17,608 bases of DNA from Candidatus Diapherotrites archaeon CG10_big_fil_rev_8_21_14_0_10_31_34 (GCA_002763225.1 PFAI01000008.1:1-17608); one strand, 5' to 3'. Counted from the first letter of the stretch, positions 6,730 through 15,439 are shown. The notes: generated from the letters alone by a model not told the origin. Numbers and translations: made by a program.

Positions 6730-9462
6730 TTATTTGTATCTTAAAAAGGCTCCGATTCCTCCAAAGCCTTTAAAAAATTGTTCGCCTTCGCTTGTTTCAG
6801 TTGAAATAATTTTGATTGATGCTCCGCCTTCTTTTGCTTTTTCTTCCATGAATTCAGCGTACTCTAATTCTTCTAATTCCTCTATTTTAGTTGACTTGCA
6901 TTTACTGCATTTAAGTTTTGGTTTGCTTTCGTCCTTTATAATAAGTTCTTCAATACTATTGCATGAAATGCACTTAAATTTTATTGCAGTCCATTCAATT
7001 CCTTCTGAAAGCAATACTGTTTCTGCTTTTCCTATTTTTAGTGCTTCAATTACTTCATTTTCTCCGTAAGCTACTAAACCATCTTTAACTATTTCTTCCA
7101 AAAACCTGTTCATCAATCCTCGTTCTTTCATTAAAGCCGTGTCTCTTAACAATTCCTCTGATTTTTGAATCATTTCTCTTATTCCTGATTCATCTGTATA
7201 AGAAGTGTCTAAAACCCCAATTATTTTTTCTTTTAAACGGTAATCTAATGCTTCTTTTTCTAAAAACCTGTTTTTTGTTATTCCTGGTCCTCCAACAATT
7301 ACTCCTTTTAAGTTTTCTCCGTATTCTTCAAAAGTCTTGTTTATTTTTTCGCTTGTTCTTTTAAAAAAGTCTTGAGCAGCTTCTTCTCTTAATCTTTCAA
7401 ACCTGTGAGAACTATTATGGACTATTAACCCGTTTGCAATGAAATTCTGGTTTAATACACTAATATCAACTAAACCAGTTTTTTTATTTGATTTAATTAT
7501 TTTATTGATTTTTGCAGGAATCAAAGGAATTTCCATCAATTTTTTTAATTTTGTTTTCAATTTTTTGTTTTTGACGTAACCAAGAATAGATTCATTAAAC
7601 ACTTTTTTGCTCATTTGTCGTTCATTCCTGAAAAAACTGTTTACTTTTGGGAACAACTCCAAATTATATCCCTGTTCTTCAATTATTTTTCTGATTTTTT
7701 TTCCTGAAACAATTATCTGCCTTACATTGCTTCTAATGTGTTTTCGGTTTTTAATTAGTGCCATTATTTTTTCCTGCTTTTTCTTTAAGCTAAACCCAAT
7801 TAACTTTGAAAATAATTTTAGTGATTCATTATCAGATATGTCAACTGTAAACCTTGGGTTATCTGAATAAGGGTTTCTTTTGTTGTCATATTTATGCAAA
7901 GAAGCAATAATTCCAAACCTTAAAAGTGAAAGCCTTAATTGTTCAGCCATTTTTTTGTTGTTTATCCCTAATCCTATTCCTCTTTTGCTTGTTGCATATC
8001 CTTCTGCATCATAAAACCCTTTTATGAATGAAGCTAAAACATCATTTTCTGATTTTAATATTTTTAATGGGATTTCAGTGTTTCTTGCTTTTTTTATTTC
8101 AGAAAAGTTTTTTTCAATAAACTTAACAATTGACTTTCCATAAATTCTTATTTGATAGCAGCCTTTGTTTTCCCTGAATTTTATTGAACTATTAGCATTG
8201 AAAAAATCAGAAACTTTGTTTTTGTAGTGTTCTGCAAGTTCTTTATTTTGCTCTGAAAAACTTATTCTTTCTTTTTCAAAACTTCCGTCTCCGACAAAAT
8301 AACCAATTATTTTTGAGAGTTCTTTTGTTAATTTTTTTGGCATAACCAAATCAGAATTGGCTTTTGTTTGAGTTTTAATAAACTTCTCAAAGTCAATATT
8401 TAATTCTTTGCATAATTTTTTTATAAGGTTTTTTCTTACATCTCTTTTCCCTAATTCAATAACTGAAACTCCTGTTTGAGTTATTCCTGTTTTTTTTCCA
8501 AGTTTTTTCTGTGAAATCCCTGCTTTTTTTCTTGTATTAATTAAAACATTTTTCCCGTTTTCTGAAATATGATATGAGTTAAAGCAGTCAAATGATTCAA
8601 GGAATTGAGTTTTTCCTTTAATTTCAATTTTTTCAGGCATTAATAAGAATTCCCCGACTTTTAGTTCTTCTGCAGATTTTTCTTTAATTTCTTCTCCTGC
8701 AGTAAAAAACAAATGGTCTTTTGAAGAAACAATTTCTGTTCTTGGGTATTTTGTTATTATTTTGTAAACGCTTTTTTTTGTTTTCCATTTGTCTTTTATA
8801 TTTGAATCAGTAAAAACATTATTCTTAAAATCAAAGCTTTTTACCTGTAAAGGGTTATGAGACTCTTTTATTGGAATAATTGAGCCGTCATTTAACTGAA
8901 TTAGTGTTTCAGGAGAAAGGCATTGTCCTCCTGCCCTTGTTTTTCCTGCTACATTAGAAGTAAAATGTCCTACAACTTCATAGCTTTTTCCTTTTAATAT
9001 TGCTACTGTTGCTTCTCTTTTATCTAATACAATTAATGCATGCACTTCTTTTGTTTTCTGCATGTCTTCAACTGGATCTAAGTGAAAGCTTGAATCACAC
9101 CAATATAATTTTGTTTTTAATGGTTTGATTGGGTTTAAAGGAAACATTTTGATATCGCTTCTTCCTTCTGTTTCTGAAACATTTCCGCAAAATAATACTA
9201 AACCATTTTTTGGGATTTTGAAATTAATGTTTTTTAGAAAAGTGTCAAGCTTTCTTAATGCTCCCTGCACATTTTTTCTTGTCTGAGGACTCTTAATATT
9301 TGAGCTCTGGCTTAATTCTTCTGTTATTTGTCCCATTACTGAACTTCTGTCTGCATTTTCCGGAATGTATAAACTAATTAATTCAGTTCCTCTTCCTTTA
9401 AACTTTTTTAGTTTCTTTAATTTTTTTCTGAATATTTCTATTGAGTCATCTATTTCTGACAT
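6730..9462 (-). CDS. prf1: Peptide chain release factor aRF1 precursor containing an intein (407 aa after splicing)
   Basis: GTELISLYIP, NIKS, YWCDSSF (YxCxxxF), AGGQ...SSHRFERLRE, VGGPG, a CISC/CSKC zinc-ribbon insert and a C-terminal FGGIGAFLRY. SD-like GTGAT upstream of the ATG. Confidence 0.95.
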   Translation of the reverse strand: MSEIDDSIEIFRKKLKKLKKFKGRGTELISLYIPENADRSSVMGQITEELSQSSNIKSPQTRKNVQGALRKLDTFLKNINFKIPKNGLVLFCGNVSETEGRSDIKMFPLNPIKPLKTKLYWCDSSFHLDPVEDMQKTKEVHALIVLDKREATVAILKGKSYEVVGHFTSNVAGKTRAGGQCLSPETLIQLNDGSIIPIKESHNPLQVKSFDFKNNVFTDSNIKDKWKTKKSVYKIITKYPRTEIVSSKDHLFFTAGEEIKEKSAEELKVGEFLLMPEKIEIKGKTQFLESFDCFNSYHISENGKNVLINTRKKAGISQKKLGKKTGITQTGVSVIELGKRDVRKNLIKKLCKELNIDFEKFIKTQTKANSDLVMPKKLTKELSKIIGYFVGDGSFEKERISFSEQNKELAEHYKNKVSDFFNANSSIKFRENKGCYQIRIYGKSIVKFIEKNFSEIKKARNTEIPLKILKSENDVLASFIKGFYDAEGYATSKRGIGLGINNKKMAEQLRLSLLRFGIIASLHKYDNKRNPYSDNPRFTVDISDNESLKLFSKLIGFSLKKKQEKIMALIKNRKHIRSNVRQIIVSGKKIRKIIEEQGYNLELFPKVNSFFRNERQMSKKVFNESILGYVKNKKLKTKLKKLMEIPLIPAKINKIIKSNKKTGLVDISVLNQNFIANGLIVHNSSHRFERLREEAAQDFFKRTSEKINKTFEEYGENLKGVIVGGPGITKNRFLEKEALDYRLKEKIIGVLDTSYTDESGIREMIQKSEELLRDTALMKERGLMNRFLEEIVKDGLVAYGENEVIEALKIGKAETVLLSEGIEWTAIKFKCISCNSIEELIIKDESKPKLKCSKCKSTKIEELEELEYAEFMEEKAKEGGASIKIISTETSEGEQFFKGFGGIGAFLRYK
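7414..8922 (-). mobile_element. Intein (503 aa) with an Xre-type HTH and a LAGLIDADG homing endonuclease, inserted at GGQ/S of aRF1
   Basis: Block A begins CLSPETLIQLNDG (Cys181). Block B is IVSSKDHLFF. LAGLIDADG motifs are IIGYFVGDGS and FIKGFYDAEG. Blocks F/G are LVDISVLNQNFIANGLIVHN, followed by Ser+1. Removing residues 181-683 restores RAGGQSSHRF. Confidence 0.95.
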
Positions 9463-9505
9463 TTAAAATCACTTTATCAAATAAAATTAGTGTATTAATA
9501 TTTAA

Positions 9506-9524
9506 GAAAAAATATCTTTTTATA
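9506..9524 (+). promoter_or_regulatory. Putative BRE-TATA of pyrH within the divergent aRF1/pyrH intergenic region
   Basis: Purine-rich GAAAAAA is followed by TTTTTATA (9517-9524), ending about 25 nt before the ATG at 9550. This is typical leaderless archaeal spacing. Confidence 0.5.
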
Positions 9525-9549
9525 CTTGTTCTATGTTGTTTTATAATAT

Positions 9550-10323
9550 ATGTTTGACATGTTTGAAAACTATAATCAAGAAGATGAAACTTCTTCGGTT
9601 TCTTTGGCTGTAAAGCCTGTTATAGTTGTTTCTGTTGGGGGCTCAGTTATTGCACAGGATAAATTAAATGCTACTTTAATGGCAAAATTTGCTAACTCGA
9701 TTAATGAGTTAAGAAAAGAAGGATTTGAGTTTATTTTGGTTGCAGGAGGAGGAAAAATTGCAAGAGATTATATTGCTACAGCTAAAACTCTTGGAATCCA
9801 AAACAATTTTGTGTTAGATGAAATTGCAATTACTGTAACAAGATTAAATGCATTGCTTTTAATTCAGGCTTTTGAAGATGCTTATCCGGATGTTTTAATT
9901 GATGTCAAAAGAATTCATGGAATTCTTGAATCAAAAAAAATCCCTGTTTTTGGGGGGTTAATCCCTGGTTTTACCACTGATACTGTTGCTGCAAGCATTG
10001 CAGAATACACTGGAGGCATTTTTATTAATCTTTCAAACCAGGATGGAATCTATAACGTTGACCCAAAATATTCAAAGACTGCTCATTTAATTCCTAAAAT
10101 GGATCACGAAAAACTAATGAGAGTACTAGCAAAAAAAGATTCAAGAAACCCAGGAGAAAACATGATTTTAGATGCATTTACCTGCATGATTTTAAACCGA
10201 AGCAAAATAACTACTTTTGTTTTGAATATGGAAGACTTAGTTAATTTTGAAAACGCAGTCAAAGGCCATGAATTCAAAGGAACAATAGTTGAATCAATTA
10301 GTGCTCTGGAAACAGAAATCTAG
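9550..10323 (+). CDS. pyrH: Uridylate (UMP) kinase, archaeal type
   Basis: Motifs VSVGGSV, VAGGGKIARDYI, TRLNALLL, PGFTTDTVAA, NQDGIYNVDPK and KGTIV, plus a short acidic N-terminal extension. Confidence 0.92.
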   Translation: MFDMFENYNQEDETSSVSLAVKPVIVVSVGGSVIAQDKLNATLMAKFANSINELRKEGFEFILVAGGGKIARDYIATAKTLGIQNNFVLDEIAITVTRLNALLLIQAFEDAYPDVLIDVKRIHGILESKKIPVFGGLIPGFTTDTVAASIAEYTGGIFINLSNQDGIYNVDPKYSKTAHLIPKMDHEKLMRVLAKKDSRNPGENMILDAFTCMILNRSKITTFVLNMEDLVNFENAVKGHEFKGTIVESISALETEI

Positions 10324-10325
10324 AT

Positions 10326-11839
10326 TTATTCAACTTCTATAGTAGTTATCAAAATATTGTTTGATTCATTTGATTCTTCAATATTGTTTGTGGAATCTAT
10401 TACTACTTTTAATTCATGACTGCCTGAAGAAAGTTCATAAACATAAAACCAGTTTAGCCTGGAATCACTTTCTGCGGACGTAAAAGGACTTGGGCTTGTG
10501 CCCACTTTTTGTTCATCAACATAATAATCAATATTAAAAGGCACACAATAATCAATAGTAGGGGCTCGGTATAAATCAAATATTATCCATTTAAGGGAAT
10601 CTTGATATTTTAAATCTTCGCCATAAAGATCAACTAAAGGGCCAGTAAATTGTCTTTCAATAGTATTATTGTTTTCGTTAATTTCGCTAATTAAGTTTTC
10701 TGGATCAAGAATAACTTTAACTGTGTGTCCAATCAAATTTTTTTCATAGGGCTGTTGCATTATTATATTCATTGTTGTTTCTGGCGTGTGGTTTATGTAA
10801 TGGGAATAAAGTTTTTGTGAATCATAATAAACATCATAATTTACTTTATTGGTTTCAGTTGTGCCTGTTGAAGTTGTTGTAAATTCTAAACTATAATGGT
10901 TTCCAATACAAGTATCCTTAAAAGAAATTTCTCCGCCAATTATGTCTGTGGATTCTGTAGTAATTTCAGTGCATGAAATACTACAACAGTTTCCAGAATC
11001 AGATGTACTTAATAAGCTTCCATTGCAGGTTTTATTTGCTCCACAAATATATCCTGATTGTTCAGAACAAGTTTTTAGAATGCAATTTCCTTCAACACAT
11101 TTTTCGTTGGCTGAACAAGTGATTCCATAACAAGGATTTGATTGAGGGGTAATGCAAGTACTAGGGCAACAGCTAGAGGAATCTATTGCATCTAAAAGAG
11201 AAGAGCCACAAATCTGATCATTTGAACAAATATTTCCATTTAATTCAGCACAAGTTTTTTCTTGAATTACTTGAACACAGTTTCCAGAACAACATAAAAA
11301 AGAAGTTTTAGTGTTTGATGCAATAATCATCTCTCCTGAACAATAACTTGTTGATATATCGCATAATTTCCCTTTTTGTTCTTCACAAGTTAAACTGCTT
11401 TTTGAAATGCATTTTTCTGAACAACAGTTGTCTGAATCAGTTGCATTCAATAAAGACTTTTTACAAACATTGTTTTCCGAACAAGCAAATCCCCCTAAAT
11501 TAGAACAAATCCTTTTCAAGTCCTTTGCACAATCAGTGTCGGTTGTATAATTGCACCCCATAGGGCAATACTTGTCTTTGTTAAGACATTCAGTTTTCTT
11601 TAAGTGAACGCATTTATTGTCTGTTCCGTTGCAAAAATCATCTGTTGAAACATCTTTGTCGTCGCAATCTAATTCAGTTTTGCATTTATCTAAATCAACT
11701 GGAGTTTCATCTTTTGGTTCAAATTTATTTAAATCAGTTAAATTATTTGAATCATAGAATTTGAATCTTTTGATTCAGTGCAGCCAATTAACAGCAAACT
11801 AACAATAACTAGACTTGCAAGGATTATTTTTTTGTTCAT
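10326..11839 (-). pseudogene. Cys-rich repeat / CARDB-domain surface lipoprotein, frameshifted just after the signal peptide
   Basis: ATG 11839 encodes MNKKIILASLVIVSLLLIG-C (lipobox, Cys20) but stops at TAA 11738-11740. The frame of the listed 411-aa ORF is open from 11774 and continues the Cys-rich sequence. It has four 6-Cys repeats and two CARDB-like ends (VILDPENLISEINENNN, VVIDSTNNIEESNESNN). This could be a real pseudogene or a 1-nt assembly error. Confidence 0.75.
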
Positions 11840-11882
11840 CTATTAAACAAACATTTTTCTTATTAATAAAACTTTCTTTGAA

Positions 11883-12836
11883 TTAAATTTTTTCTAATAC
11901 TTCAAATAATTCTTCCGGATTTAACACTGGTTTGTCATTTAAATTGTCTTCAATTATTCTTGGACAAGCAGTATTAACATAACAGTCAATGTTTATTCCC
12001 ATTAAATATTCTGATTTAATGAAATCCATTGAAAAAATAAAAGCTTTTTTTCCTTTTCTTTCAATTCTTTTTTTTAATTCTAAAGCCAGTTCTTTTCTTA
12101 GTTGGCCTTTTTTTCTGCTTACTAAAATCCCAAAAACTTTTGCGTTCATTGCTCTTGCAATACTTCCATATCTTTTTCTTACAAAAATGTTTTTTTCTTC
12201 AACTAAATCCTTTATTTCTCCGTTTAATGGATTAAAAGCCAGAACTTTTTTGTCTGTTGAAACTGCTACACCTAAAGGATGAAAAAAACCGTCTCCAATA
12301 TACAAAAAACCATCAACTTTTTTTTCTATTTTTACTGCAGAACTCTGGTCACAGCCCAAAACCTGGCCTTTGCAGTCAATTTTTTCTCCGCCTTTTTCCA
12401 ATAAAACAGTGAACTTTTTTTTCTTTAATCCTTTTTCTATTTCTTTTAAAATATTATAAAATTGCACTGCACACAATAACCCTACTTTTTTTATTTTTTC
12501 GTTTTCAAGCATTCTTTGAATTTTATCTAAATTAATTTCTTTAACTGAATATTCTAATGGAACATAAACTACTTTTATTTTTGAATCAGTATATTTTGCA
12601 TGACCTAAATGAATTAATAAATCTGCGTTAAATTCTTTCATTTCTGTTTCAGCTAAATCGCAGGCTCCCCAGACAGGATCCATTACAGCAATAACTTTTG
12701 CCTTGGTTTTTCCTTCAATTCTTTCAATGATTTCAAGTGTTTTTCCTTTTAATCCTTCAGGTAACTGAAGTATAACAGTCTTTGCATTCTTTTTTTTTAT
12801 TTCTGTAATAGCTTTCTTTATATCTAATTTAAGCAT
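11883..12836 (-). CDS. dph2: Diphthamide biosynthesis enzyme Dph2 (2-(3-amino-3-carboxypropyl)histidine synthase)
   Basis: LQLPEGLK, HLGHA, GDGFFH and KKGQ, with the three 4Fe-4S Cys motifs WGACD, VLGCD and TACPR. Confidence 0.93.
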   Translation of the reverse strand: MLKLDIKKAITEIKKKNAKTVILQLPEGLKGKTLEIIERIEGKTKAKVIAVMDPVWGACDLAETEMKEFNADLLIHLGHAKYTDSKIKVVYVPLEYSVKEINLDKIQRMLENEKIKKVGLLCAVQFYNILKEIEKGLKKKKFTVLLEKGGEKIDCKGQVLGCDQSSAVKIEKKVDGFLYIGDGFFHPLGVAVSTDKKVLAFNPLNGEIKDLVEEKNIFVRKRYGSIARAMNAKVFGILVSRKKGQLRKELALELKKRIERKGKKAFIFSMDFIKSEYLMGINIDCYVNTACPRIIEDNLNDKPVLNPEELFEVLEKI

Positions 12837-12887
12837 GAAATAACTAACGTTAAATAACTATTTAAATTTAGTTAAAAGGAGAAAAAC

Positions 12888-15275
12888 TTATTTTTTCAGT
12901 TTTTCCAGCAGTTCTTCTTTTTCCATTATTAATACATGTCTTTTGATGTTTTCAACTGCATCAATGTTAGCTGAAACAGATTTGATTCCAAATTTGACTA
13001 ATTTTTCAACCATTTCTTCGTTTGAGGCAGCCTGACCGCAAATTGAAGTTATTACTCCTGCTTTATTGCATTTTTTGATTACATGCTCGCAGCTTCTTAA
13101 AACAGCTGGATGTAATTCACTAAAAAGTTTTTGAATTTGTTCATTGTTTCTGTCAATTCCAAGTGTTAGCTGAGTCAAGTCATTTGTTCCAAAAGAAACA
13201 AAATCCATTCCTTCTTCAATTAATTCATCTATTGCCCAAACTGCTGCAGGAGTTTCAATCATTACTCCAAACTGCACATCTTTTCTTGGTTCTAATCCTA
13301 CTTCTCTTGCTAATTCTTTTGCTTTTTTTAATTCGCTTGCAGAAATTACAAATGGAAGCATTACCCCTAAATTTGTAAATCCTTCTTCTGTTAATTCTTT
13401 TATTGCTTTGAATTCAGCTTGAATTAATTTTGGTTCATCCAAGCTTCTTCTAATGCCGTGCCAGCCAATCATTGGATTATCTTCTTTTGGTTCTTTTTCT
13501 CCGCCTTTCAAGTTCCTGAATTCATCGCTTCTTGCATCAAAAGTTCTATACCAAACTGGTTTGTCTTTAAATAATTCAGCTACTTTTTTTATTCCTTTTT
13601 TTACTGCTTCAATTAATTCATCTTCTTTTCCTTCTCTGATGAATTCTGCCGGATGCATTCCTGATTCAGTAATCATATGTTCTGCTCTTAACAAGCCTAC
13701 TCCGTCTGCATTTGTTTCTGCAGCTTTTTCTGCTGCTTCAGGCAAAGCAACATTAACCTTTACTTTGATTGTTCTTTCCTCTAATAATTCCTCTAAATGC
13801 TCCATTAACTTTCCGTTTGTTTCTTTTCCAAACTTTTCTCCTTCTTCTTCCAGTTCTTCTTTTACTTCTTTTATTTCTTCTTTGTCTTCAAATACTTCTT
13901 CTTCTATTTCTTCAGGAACCTCTAATTCAACTTTTCCTCTGTAAATTAATCCATTAAATCCGTCTACAGTAATTATTTCTCCGTCATGGATTTTTTCCAT
14001 TGCGTTTTCTACTCCAACCACACAAGGAATTCCTAATTCTCTGCTTACTATTGCTGCATGACAAGTTCTTCCTCCTTCTTCTGTTATGATTGCTTTTGCT
14101 TTTTCCATTATTGGAACCCAGTCAGGAGTAGTCATTTTAGTTATAATAATGTCTCCTTCAATTACTTTAGAAACATTTTTTACATCCGGAATTATAACTG
14201 CTTTAGCTGATGCAATTCCAGGAGATGCTTTTAATCCTGATGCAATTGGAGTTTCTTTTGTTTGAATAATTCTTTTTCTTTCTTTGTCTGTTTTTTCTTT
14301 CATGCCCAAAGTAGTTATTGGTCTTGCCTGAACAATATACATTTGTTTGTTTTCTACTGCCCATTCAATATCCATTGGCTTTTTGTAATGGTTTTCAATT
14401 TGTCTTCCGATTTTAGCTAACTGAATAATATATTTGTCGTCCATTTTTTGTTTGCTTTGTTTTGCTTTAGGAATATTATTTTTTTTGTTTCCTTTTTCTG
14501 CTCGTTCAAGACTCCATTCCTGTTTTCCAATTTTTTTTTCAATTATTTTAAATGTGCCTTTTTCTATTGTATAAGTATCCGGAGTAATGCTTCCTGAAAC
14601 AACTGCTTCGCCTAAACCATATCCTGCTTCAATAACCATTTTACTTGTGTCTCCGGTTGGTTCTGCAGTAAACAATATTCCGGCTATTTCTGAGTCAACC
14701 ATTTTTTGAATTACAACTGCAATTCCAACTTTTTCTGTTTCAAATCCCTGTTTTTTTCTGTAATATACAGCTCTTGCAGTAAACAATGAAGCCCAACATT
14801 TTTTGACTGCATCCAGTACTTCCATTCTTCCTTTTACATTCAAAAAAGTTTCCTGCTGGCCCGCAAAACTTGCTTCAGGTAAATCTTCTGCTGTAGCAGA
14901 ACTTCTTACCGCAACAAATTCTTCTTCTCTGGTTGTAATAAAAGCAATTTTTCTTTGATTCATTTTTGAATAAGAATCTTTTATTTCTGCTTCAAGCATT
15001 CTGTTCATGGGAGTTCTTAAAATCAGTTCCCTTATTTCTGCTGAAACTTTTTCCAGCTCATCTGTTTTTTCGACTTCAATTGCATCGATTTTTTTTATTA
15101 TTTCTTGTTCAATTCCTTTTTCTTTAATAAACTTAAAGTATGCTTGTGCAGTAATAACAAATCCTTGGGGGACAGGAAAAGCTTCGTTAACCATTTCCCC
15201 TAAATTAGCTCCTTTTCCTCCTACAAGAGGAATGTCTTCTTTTTTTATTTCTCTAAACCACATTATGTTTTTCAT
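12888..15275 (-). CDS. ppsA: Phosphoenolpyruvate synthase (pyruvate, water dikinase)
   Basis: GGKGANLGEM, VAVRSSATAEDLPEASFAGQQETFLN, phospho-His motif GGRTCHAAIVSRELGIP, DGVGLLRAE, MIETPAA, SFGTNDLTQ and SICGQA. ATG 15275 has an SD-like GTGAG upstream and is preferred to GTG 15284. Confidence 0.96.
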   Translation of the reverse strand: MKNIMWFREIKKEDIPLVGGKGANLGEMVNEAFPVPQGFVITAQAYFKFIKEKGIEQEIIKKIDAIEVEKTDELEKVSAEIRELILRTPMNRMLEAEIKDSYSKMNQRKIAFITTREEEFVAVRSSATAEDLPEASFAGQQETFLNVKGRMEVLDAVKKCWASLFTARAVYYRKKQGFETEKVGIAVVIQKMVDSEIAGILFTAEPTGDTSKMVIEAGYGLGEAVVSGSITPDTYTIEKGTFKIIEKKIGKQEWSLERAEKGNKKNNIPKAKQSKQKMDDKYIIQLAKIGRQIENHYKKPMDIEWAVENKQMYIVQARPITTLGMKEKTDKERKRIIQTKETPIASGLKASPGIASAKAVIIPDVKNVSKVIEGDIIITKMTTPDWVPIMEKAKAIITEEGGRTCHAAIVSRELGIPCVVGVENAMEKIHDGEIITVDGFNGLIYRGKVELEVPEEIEEEVFEDKEEIKEVKEELEEEGEKFGKETNGKLMEHLEELLEERTIKVKVNVALPEAAEKAAETNADGVGLLRAEHMITESGMHPAEFIREGKEDELIEAVKKGIKKVAELFKDKPVWYRTFDARSDEFRNLKGGEKEPKEDNPMIGWHGIRRSLDEPKLIQAEFKAIKELTEEGFTNLGVMLPFVISASELKKAKELAREVGLEPRKDVQFGVMIETPAAVWAIDELIEEGMDFVSFGTNDLTQLTLGIDRNNEQIQKLFSELHPAVLRSCEHVIKKCNKAGVITSICGQAASNEEMVEKLVKFGIKSVSANIDAVENIKRHVLIMEKEELLEKLKK

Positions 15276-15298
15276 TTTTCTCACATAAAGAAAAGTAG

Positions 15299-15439
15299 AA
15301 ACTTATTATTAAGTTTAATGGCTCTGCCCTTTTTCTTTTTTCCGAAAAAGAAAAAGTGTAAGTTGCAACTTAATTCCCAAAAGAAATTAAGTGCACACTA
15401 AAACTCAAAAGTTTTAGTAGTGCCCCAAAAGAAAAAAGG
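15299..15439. repeat. AT-rich chain of hairpins and palindromes between trm11 and ppsA
   Basis: Stems at 15299-15316, 15329-15356 (12 bp), 15359-15372 (14-bp palindrome), 15368-15392 and 15397-15418 (9 bp). CCCAAAAGAAA occurs twice (15376, 15424). Confidence 0.7.

Noticed and set aside
11559..11561. ATG 11561 as the start of the Cys-rich gene
   Set aside because: It lies inside a Cys module (YCPMGC). The frame extends 71 codons upstream and the signal peptide begins at 11839.
11738..11777. Stop-codon recoding or programmed -1 frameshift explaining the broken lipoprotein gene, linked to the intein-containing aRF1
   Set aside because: The break is a change of frame, not an in-frame stop. No canonical slippery heptamer is present, and all three stop codons end normal genes in this window.
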